A stretch of DNA of 61,884 nt, filler included, from an uncultured virus (IMG/VR IMGVR_UViG_2061766007_001639) (taxonomy: Duplodnaviria; Heunggongvirae; Uroviricota; Caudoviricetes). It is 10 parts of one record of this genome, joined end to end, with 100 filler letters (N's around TTAATTAATTAA, not from the genome) between each part and the next. Parts side by side here need not be neighbours in the genome. Positions count along the whole stretch, not along the records: positions 51,942 to 58,885 come from IMGVR_UViG_2061766007_001639; positions 58,986 to 61,884 come from IMGVR_UViG_2061766007_001639; 8 more parts are not named here. One strand, given 5' to 3'. This document shows, piece after piece, positions 54,636 through 61,884 of the stretch (its first letter is position 1; every line of letters begins with the position of its first letter). The notes beneath the pieces were generated by a model. The model worked only from the letters and a program-made list of their open reading frames with translations, made no database searches and was not told where the DNA came from. The translations under genes and the position numbers were made by a program.

Positions 54636-55144
54636 NNNNNNNNNNNNNNNNNNNNNNNNNNNNNNNNNNNNNNNNNNNNNNNNNNNNNNNNNNNNNNNNN
54701 NNNNNNNNNNNNNNNNNNNNNNNNNNNNNNNNNNNNNNNNNNNNNNNNNNNNNNNNNNNNNNNNNNNNNNNNNNNNNNNNNNNNNNNNNNNNNNNNNNNN
54801 NNNNNNNNNNNNNNNNNNNNNNNNNNNNNNNNNNNNNNNNNNNNNNNNNNNNNNNNNNNNNNNNNNNNNNNNNNNNNNNNNNNNNNNNNNNNNNNNNNNN
54901 NNNNNNNNNNNNNNNNNNNNNNNNNNNNNNNNNNNNNNNNNNNNNNNNNNNNNNNNNNNNNNNNNNNNNNNNNNNNNNNNNNNNNNNNNNNNNNNNNNNN
55001 NNNNNNNNNNNNNNNNNNNNNNNNNNNNNNNNNNNNNNNNNNNNNNNNNNNNNNNNNNNNNNNNNNNNNNNNNNNNNNNNNNNNNNNNNNNNNNNNNNNN
55101 NNNNNNNNNNNNNNNNNNNNNNNNNNNNNNNNNNNNNNNNNNNN

Positions 55145-55674
55145 CCGAAGAACGAAGGCCGGACGGGAAGAGTACGAACGGTTCGTCAAGGATGCGCTTG
55201 GGAAGGACATTATCACCGTTGATGAGTTCAACCAGATTGTGGACATGACGAACAAGGTCAAGTCGATCCCATACGTTCGGAAACTACTCGCCGGGCAGCA
55301 TGAAACGCCGCTATTCTGGACGGATGAGGATACCGGTGAGCGGTGCAAGGTGAAGCTGGATATGCTGGCCGATGTGGACGGGGTGCTGACGGTCGCTGAC
55401 TACAAGACGGCGAACAGCGCTGAGACGAGCATTTTCGTTCACAAAGCGTTTCAACTAGGATATGCGCTTCAAGCCTTCATGTACACCGAGGCGGTTATGG
55501 TGAATATGGGACTGACCGAACGGCCCGATTTCGTATTCGTCGTCCAGGAGAAGAAACCACCTTATTCTGTCAATTACATCCAGGCATCCGACGAATTCAT
55601 CCTGCACGGCATGGATACCTTCCGGGAACTCATTGGCACGCTGAAACGATGCAAGGAAATGGACTATTGGCCCG
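55145..55674 (+). CDS. RecE / exonuclease VIII-like PD-(D/E)xK nuclease
   Basis: LFWTDEDTGERCKVKLD, DYKT, FVVQEKKPPY. Confidence 0.85.
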
Positions 55675-56452
55675 NNNNNNNNNNNNNNNNNNNNNNNNNN
55701 NNNNNNNNNNNNNNNNNNNNNNNNNNNNNNNNNNNNNNNNNNNNNNNNNNNNNNNNNNNNNNNNNNNNNNNNNNNNNNNNNNNNNNNNNNNNNNNNNNNN
55801 NNNNNNNNNNNNNNNNNNNNNNNNNNNNNNNNNNNNNNNNNNNNNNNNNNNNNNNNNNNNNNNNNNNNNNNNNNNNNNNNNNNNNNNNNNNNNNNNNNNN
55901 NNNNNNNNNNNNNNNNNNNNNNNNNNNNNNNNNNNNNNNNNNNNNNNNNNNNNNNNNNNNNNNNNNNNNNNNNNNNNNNNNNNNNNNNNNNNNNNNNNNN
56001 NNNNNNNNNNNNNNNNNNNNNNNNNNNNNNNNNNNNNNNNGGACAATTACGAAATGGAGGAAGCGTAGATGAGCGGCGTGATTATTGACCCGCTAAGCAT
56101 TTACTGGATAGGGTTTTGCGATTCGGCGAAAACGCTCATGACGGTTGCGGCTGTTTTGACGTTCTTCGCGATGGCAGGATTCGTTATTGGCGCGTTCTAC
56201 AACGCAGAGTTCATGTGTTGCGAGGACAACAAGCGGTATTACGGAATATGCAAAACCGGCGTCGCGATAANNNNNNNNNNNNNNNNNNNNNNNNNNNNNN
56301 NNNNNNNNNNNNNNNNNGCAACGCCGTTATCGGAATGACCGTCGCCAAATACGCCACCTATGAAAACGTCCAGATGACCACGGATGGCATCAAGGAACTT
56401 GTGGACTACATAGTCAATGCAATTGGACAAATCAAGTGAGGAGGGCAAAACA

Positions 56453-57058
56453 ATGATCCCCGATGAACTGAAGCGAATGCGTCCCCTTTCCGGAAAGGAA
56501 AGACTTGGAGCGAACCGCGAATCCGACTATCTTGGCGCTGAGGACATAACCCCAGATACAGAACCCGTGCTGACTATCTGTGCAATTTACAATGGATTGA
56601 TTACCCTGGCGCGAGGCAAAGAACGCCATGACGTTATCGCATTCAAAGAAGAGACCGTTCCCGGCAGCATCAATCTTGTCAGGCCGATGGTTCTGAACGC
56701 AACGAACAGGAAGACGCTGAGGAAGATCTACAAGAACGTGACCGCTGAGAACTTGGTTGGAAAACAGATCCAACTTTTCATCCAGCATGACGTTCGAGAT
56801 CCTTCCACCGGTGATAAGGTGGACGGCATTCGGATCAGGCCGAGAATACCCACGCCGGCACGAACTGAACCGATCATCTGTGCGGAATGCGGAAAGCCCA
56901 TTACCGCAGTGGCCAGCTACAGCGCGGAAGATATCGCCCGGATCAATCAGTCTAGATTCGGGAAACCGATCTGCGCGGCGTGCAGCAAGAAAATGAATGC
57001 GGAAAAGGAAGAGACGAACGCCGAGCAGCCTACCACCCCGGAAAAGGAAGGTGAATGA
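56453..57058 (+). CDS. Putative ssDNA-binding / recombination protein with C-terminal zinc ribbon
   Basis: YLGAEDI, MVLNATN, GIRIR; CAECGKPI...CAAC; lies between RecE-like gene and ssb. Confidence 0.5.
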   Translation: MIPDELKRMRPLSGKERLGANRESDYLGAEDITPDTEPVLTICAIYNGLITLARGKERHDVIAFKEETVPGSINLVRPMVLNATNRKTLRKIYKNVTAENLVGKQIQLFIQHDVRDPSTGDKVDGIRIRPRIPTPARTEPIICAECGKPITAVASYSAEDIARINQSRFGKPICAACSKKMNAEKEETNAEQPTTPEKEGE

Positions 57059-57185
57059 CGATGGCGGCGGTCGCGACAATGGACGTNNNNNNNNNNNNNN
57101 NNNNNNNNNNNNNNNNNNNNNNNNNNNNNNNNNNNNNNNNNNNNNNNNNNNNNNNNNNNNNNNNNNNNNNNNNAGGTAGAGAACG

Positions 57186-57565
57186 ATGCTTAATGCAGTA
57201 TCTTTTCAGGGCCGTACCGTGCGCGAGATGGAGTTGAAGAAGACCCAGAGCGGAATTGAGTATCTTAATTTTACGCTGGCATGGAATGAGAAGTACAAGG
57301 AACAGGAAAAGACATGCTTCCTTCGTTGCAAGGCATGGCGTCAGCAGGCGACGTTCCTGGACAAGTTTTTCCATGACAAGGGCAGCGAGATGATCGTCGA
57401 GGGCCATCTGGAAACGGAGAACTGGGACGACAAGGACGGCAACAAGCGCAGCGAGAACGTGCTGATGGTTGAACGCGCACACTTCTGCGGCAAGCGCCAG
57501 GCCGGCAACGAACAGTCCGCACCTACTCCGAGCGGATACACGCCTGCTGATCCTGACGAACCGTT
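57186..57565 (+). CDS. ssb: Single-stranded DNA-binding protein
   Basis: NAVSFQGR, FLRCKAW, VEGHLETENWDDKDGNKR; acidic tail ending EP(F). Confidence 0.9.
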
Positions 57566-57579
57566 NNNNNNNNNNNNNN

Positions 57580-58031
57580 GCCGCGAAAAGAAGAACGAGC
57601 ACATCATAAACTACTTCGACCGGCACCACATCGAATATACCGTTCGGAAACTGGATGTCGGCGACTACATGGACGACGCAAACCCGGAACAGGCAGTTGA
57701 GCGTAAGGCCTCGCTTGCAGAACTGGCCCACAACATGCTGACCGGTGACAGACGACGGTTCTACAACGAAATTCGTCGGGCAAGGTCGGACGGCATCAAA
57801 CTGATTATTCTGTGTGAGGAAACCAGCGTCAAGGCGTTCGCAGACGTTCGGAAATGGGTGCCTAAGTACGGCAAGGCAACGGGCAAGGCGTTATCTGATG
57901 CGATATTCAGGTTGGAAGTCGGGTACGGTGTGCCAACGTTCTTCTGCGGCAAACGGAGCAGTGGGAAACGGATTCTGGAGATACTATCGGAGGCAAACAA
58001 TGGCAACGAAAATCACATGCGCGGCGAGTGA
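57580..58031 (+). CDS. ERCC4-domain nuclease
   Basis: REKK...KLDVGDY...VERKASLAEL. Confidence 0.8.
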
Positions 58032-58271
58032 CTGTGTTTTCTGTAACGACAAGTTCCGATGCACAGCGGATAAGGTACAGCTTGCCGCCAATGACATCAT
58101 GACGATGTGGGACGGACGGCAACGCTACAACCGGTGCCTAACCTATCAGAAAAGCGAACGGGCGAAGCAGTTTGAAAATGCGTTCAAGGATCTTGTCGAG
58201 ATGATGAAGAACGGGCCGCTCCCACAGTACCCAACGGAGTCGATGATAGATGAAAGTCTGGCAGAATAACC

Positions 58272-58744
58272 ATGCTTGAATTAAGACCAATCGATCTGAA
58301 CGGTGCCCGTCAGTTTGTCGGCGAGAATCACCGACACAACAAGCCACCGAACGGGCATAAATTCTCCATCGCTTGCTACGACGGCGACAGACTCTGCGGC
58401 GTGGCGATGGTTGGACGGCCCGTTGCAAGGCTACTGGATGACGGCCTGACGGTTGAGGTAACACGCAACTGCACCGATGGCACGTACAACGCCTGTTCGA
58501 TGCTGTACGGCGCGTGTTGCAGGGCCGCTAAGGCACTCGGATACAAGAAGATCATCACGTACACCCTCGAAAGCGAACCCGGGACGTCGCTGAAGGCAAG
58601 CGGATGGACACTGGTCCAAAAACATGTAGGGGGGGCGGATGGGACAGGCCGAACCGGAAGCGGGAACTGGTACAGTATACGCTGCTTGGTGATGAAATCA
58701 AGTATTCGACCGAGAAGAAAGTGCGGTGGGAAAAGATGTTATGA
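58272..58744 (+). CDS. XF1762-family (Mom-like GNAT) protein, frameshifted at a G7 tract
   Basis: HRHNKP, GRPVARLLDDG, NACSMLYGA, ITYTLESEPGTSLKASGW. Confidence 0.7.
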
Positions 58745-58885
58745 AGCGCGATTTATCTGGAAGAAAATATACGGTTTATAAACACACGACCCCTGACGGA
58801 AAGTCATATATCGGAATGACGTCACAGCCGCTCGAAGTAAGATATGGGTCTGGCGGATACAGATGGAAATACTTTGATGGCGGTG
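58741..58885 (+). CDS. GIY-YIG endonuclease (fragment)
   Basis: YTVYKHTTPDGKSYIGMT. Confidence 0.75.
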
Positions 58886-60005
58886 NNNNNNNNNNNNNNN
58901 NNNNNNNNNNNNNNNNNNNNNNNNNNNNNTTAATTAATTAANNNNNNNNNNNNNNNNNNNNNNNNNNNNNNNNNNNNNNNNNNNNATCCCTGACGCGCCG
59001 TGGATTCGCGACGCAGAGACAAACGGCATGCCGGACGGGGAAAGCGTATGGTGCCCGGTATGCCAAGAGGAGAACCCTGAGTTCTTCTACGTGCAGGACG
59101 GCGAGGTGATCGGTTGCAGTGANNNNNNNNNNNNNNNNNNNNNTTCGATTGGAAAGACACGCACGCCTGCGAAGGGTACGATATCGACCCGTATGGGGAG
59201 GAATAATGATGCCGGACAAGGCAACGCTCATTAACGCGCTAGAGCACTGCACAACATCGGTAAAGGACGTTACCGGAACGCGCGTGACGGAAATCGGTAA
59301 TTGCGATGCGTGCCCACTCCGAGACGAGCGCTTCGGCATATGTACTGACTTCGAGTATGAACACGCATGCGTACCTGTAAGCCTTATCCAACAGGCCGTA
59401 TCGTTGCTGAAAGACGATACCAGATACTACGACGGGCTGCGCGATATGCTCAACGCGATACGCACCGTGCTCGTGATGAACGATGACAAACGGCGCAGGT
59501 ATTTTGATATTGACCGGTTCGATAATTATCCGTTCCAAACGATCATCAAGGTAATCGGAATCGATGCTATCATGAACGGCGCGAACGCATACCGCCGCGA
59601 CGAAGACGANNNNNNNNNNNNNNNNNNNNNNTCTGACGAAACTTGCTGACGAAATCGGAATTCACGCGCTGTACGCCATGGTCAAAGAGATGCGCGGCGA
59701 AGGTGGTGATGCTAAATGAAACAGTACTGTAGGTACTGCTGTTTAGGAACGCTTCTGTTTTGAGGCTGACGAATTNNNNNNNNNNNNNNNNNNNNNNNNN
59801 NNNNNNNNNNNNNNNNNNNNNNNNNNNNNNNNNNNNNNNNNNNNNNNNNNNNNNNNNNNNNNNNNNNNNNNNNNNNNNNNNNNNNNNNNNNNNNNNNNNN
59901 NNNNNNNNNNNNNNNNNNNNNNNNNNNNNNNNNTCTCCCAGAACAAGAGACAATGTGGGACTACATCGAGGAAATTCGGATTGGATAGGGAGATGATTGA
60001 AGAAC

Positions 60006-60651
60006 ATGGGAAAACCGAAAACGAAGGTGATTACGGATCGGAACACCAGGTGGGCATACGTGNNNNNNNNNNNNNNNNNNNNNNNNNNNNNNNNNNNNNN
60101 NNNNNNNNNNNNNNNNNNNNNNNNNNNNNNNNNNNNNNNNNNNNNNNNNNNNNNNNNNNNNNNNNNNNNNNNNNNNNNNNNNNNNNNNNNNNNNNNNNNN
60201 NNNNNNNNNNNNNNNNNNNNNNNNNNNNNNNNNNNNNNNNNNNNNNNNNNNNNNNNNNNNNNNNNNNNNNNNNNNNNNNNNNNNNNNNNNNNNNNNNNNN
60301 NNNNNNNNNNNNNNNNNNNNNNNNNNNNNNNNNNNNNNNNNNNNNNNNNNNNNNNNNNNNNNNNNNNNNNNNNNNNNNNNNNNNNNNNNNNNNNNNNNNN
60401 NNNNNNNNNNNNNNNNNNNNNNNNNNNNNNNNNNNNNNNNNNNNNNNNNNNNNNNNNNNNNNNNNNNNNNNNNCCAGGTGTATTCCGGCGTTTACGGACG
60501 GGCAAGCATCAGCTTCTACGGATTCAATCGATGCGGCAATAGGGGCATAGCGTGCTGTCTGCTGAACCTCCAGAAGATCCGTGACGGCCTGCCGCTTGGG
60601 ACAAAGACGAGCGCATACGACGACTTTTCGAGCGAGAACAAGGAGGACTGA
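60006..60651 (+). CDS. DUF2815-family ssDNA-binding protein (gap inside)
   Basis: TKVIT...RWAYV; VYSGVYGRASISFYGFN..GNRGIAC.L.NLQKIRDG.PLG. Confidence 0.8.
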
Positions 60652-60655
60652 CACC

Positions 60656-61181
60656 TTGAAAGAAATTACAATCGACGGTGAGAAGTACGTCCGCAAACTC
60701 GACCTGCTTCGCCTTTTCCGGGATCACAAGCGCAAAACGGAGAAGGGCACCGAACCCGGCTTCATCTGTGACAACAAGGATCAGCGGATGGCCGGTTACT
60801 TGGCGCTTAACCATCTCCAGGCCGTCATCTTCCACGACGAAGCGCAGGAATCGTTGCGTCGCAGCGACTACATGATCGCCCTGGATGACGATGAAGAAGG
60901 CCGCATGTACTTCTCCCATTGGATCAAGATGAAGGAAGACACGCCGCCCGACCTTAAGACCATCATGCGGCATAACGGCATGAAGATCGGCGACTCGATG
61001 CCGGTATNNNNNNNNNNNNNNNNNNNNNNNNNNNNNNNNNNNNNNNNNNGGCCGAGAAGACCATCGAGAAGATCGAGAATGACTACGACGAATTCAAGGG
61101 CCATATGCACGCATTCCCGGTGTTCCAGCCCGGATCGGCAAAACGGCTACTTGAATCGATTTTCGGAGAACCCATTGACTA
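60656..61181 (+). CDS. Hypothetical protein (gap-split)
   Basis: AGGAGG RBS with TTG start; KEITIDGEKYV. Confidence 0.5.
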
Positions 61182-61314
61182 GACGGGAGTGAGCAACATG
61201 ATGCTGTGGGAAATGGCGCTGATTGCCTTTACCGTGNNNNNNNNNNNNNNNNNNNNNNNNNNNNNNNNNNNNNNNNNNNNNNNNNNNNNNNNNNNNNNNN
61301 NNNNNNNNNNNNNG

Positions 61315-61737
61315 CTCGCCCTGGAAAAGGAATTGCAGGCCGTTCATGACTTCTACGCCAGGCACGGATTGGCCCGGATCGACAAACAACAGGTCCGGGC
61401 CGCATTCACCGGCGAGAACCGCATGGCTAAGATCATCGGGAAAAGCACCGTAGACTACACCGGCGTGCTGGCAGGCGGTCGGTTTGTTGCCTTCGACGCA
61501 AAGGACTGCGCCGATAAGAGGATCCCGCTGAACCGATTGCAGGAACATCAGGCCGAGTATCTGATGGCCGTTGACGCACTGGGCGGCATGGCGTTTGTGC
61601 TGGCGAGATTTGAGTATAAACACGTTTACAGGATACCAATCGACATTTGGGTCTGCGCGGACCTGGCCCATCATTTCGGCAAGAAATACGCGGCAAAGCG
61701 CGTTGACGGATGGACACCGACAGGAATGGCAAGCCTG
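61315..61737 (+). CDS. recU: RecU-family Holliday junction resolvase (not in ORF track)
   Basis: KSTVDYTGVLAGGRFVAFDAKD...LQEHQAEYL...GGMAFVL. Confidence 0.85.
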
Positions 61738-61884
61738 NNNNNNNNNNNNNNNNNNNNNNGCAGAGCAATGAACCGGAGAGATAAACAGAGAGAGCAGATT
61801 GCCGAGATTAAAATTCGGCAGGGCTTCCGGGAGATGCGGAAGGGTATGTTCCCGGAATGGATGGAAGGCACCAAGGCGTATATG

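Noticed and set aside
57186..58031. SSB-ERCC4 fusion protein
   Set aside because: SSB reaches its acidic C-terminal tail right at the N gap; the apparent fusion is a gap artefact
1577..58941. Nine TTAATTAATTAA copies as a biological repeat
   Set aside because: Always flanked by N runs; six-frame-stop assembly linker
1..61884. Stop-codon recoding
   Set aside because: Conserved genes are intact under the standard code, TAA/TGA/TAG all end genes, and the tRNA anticodon is TTG rather than a suppressor

Overview
Draft, gap-rich assembly of a temperate tailed (siphovirus-type) phage of a Bacillota (Clostridia-like) host, close to a whole genome. It is stitched from about 10 scaffolds by artificial N..TTAATTAATTAA..N linkers, so order across linkers and frames across N-gaps are unreliable. 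Modules: (1) replication and accessory genes at 1-14 kb and 52-62 kb (CHC2 primase zinc finger, MazG-like, SpoU, GT8, C5 DNA methyltransferase, DUF927 helicase plus a likely origin, ASCH, ThyX, RecE-like, SSBs, ERCC4, Mom-like, RecU, tRNA-Gln); (2) packaging, with terS and terL separated by a reverse-strand operon and a serine recombinase; (3) head, tail and lysis genes at 22-46 kb; (4) an uncharacterised post-lysis cassette; (5) attP (3' part of tRNA-Ser GCT), tyrosine integrase, ImmA-like gene and repressor at 49-52 kb. The most striking observation is a minus-strand operon (16.6-20.0 kb) with a near-consensus promoter and terminator and two intergenic hammerhead ribozymes (type I and type II, each with a loop pseudoknot) that should cut its mRNA into three pieces. 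It partly overlaps a region densely and strand-specifically tiled with CAGAAC. All family assignments come from motif recognition by eye; no database searches were run.
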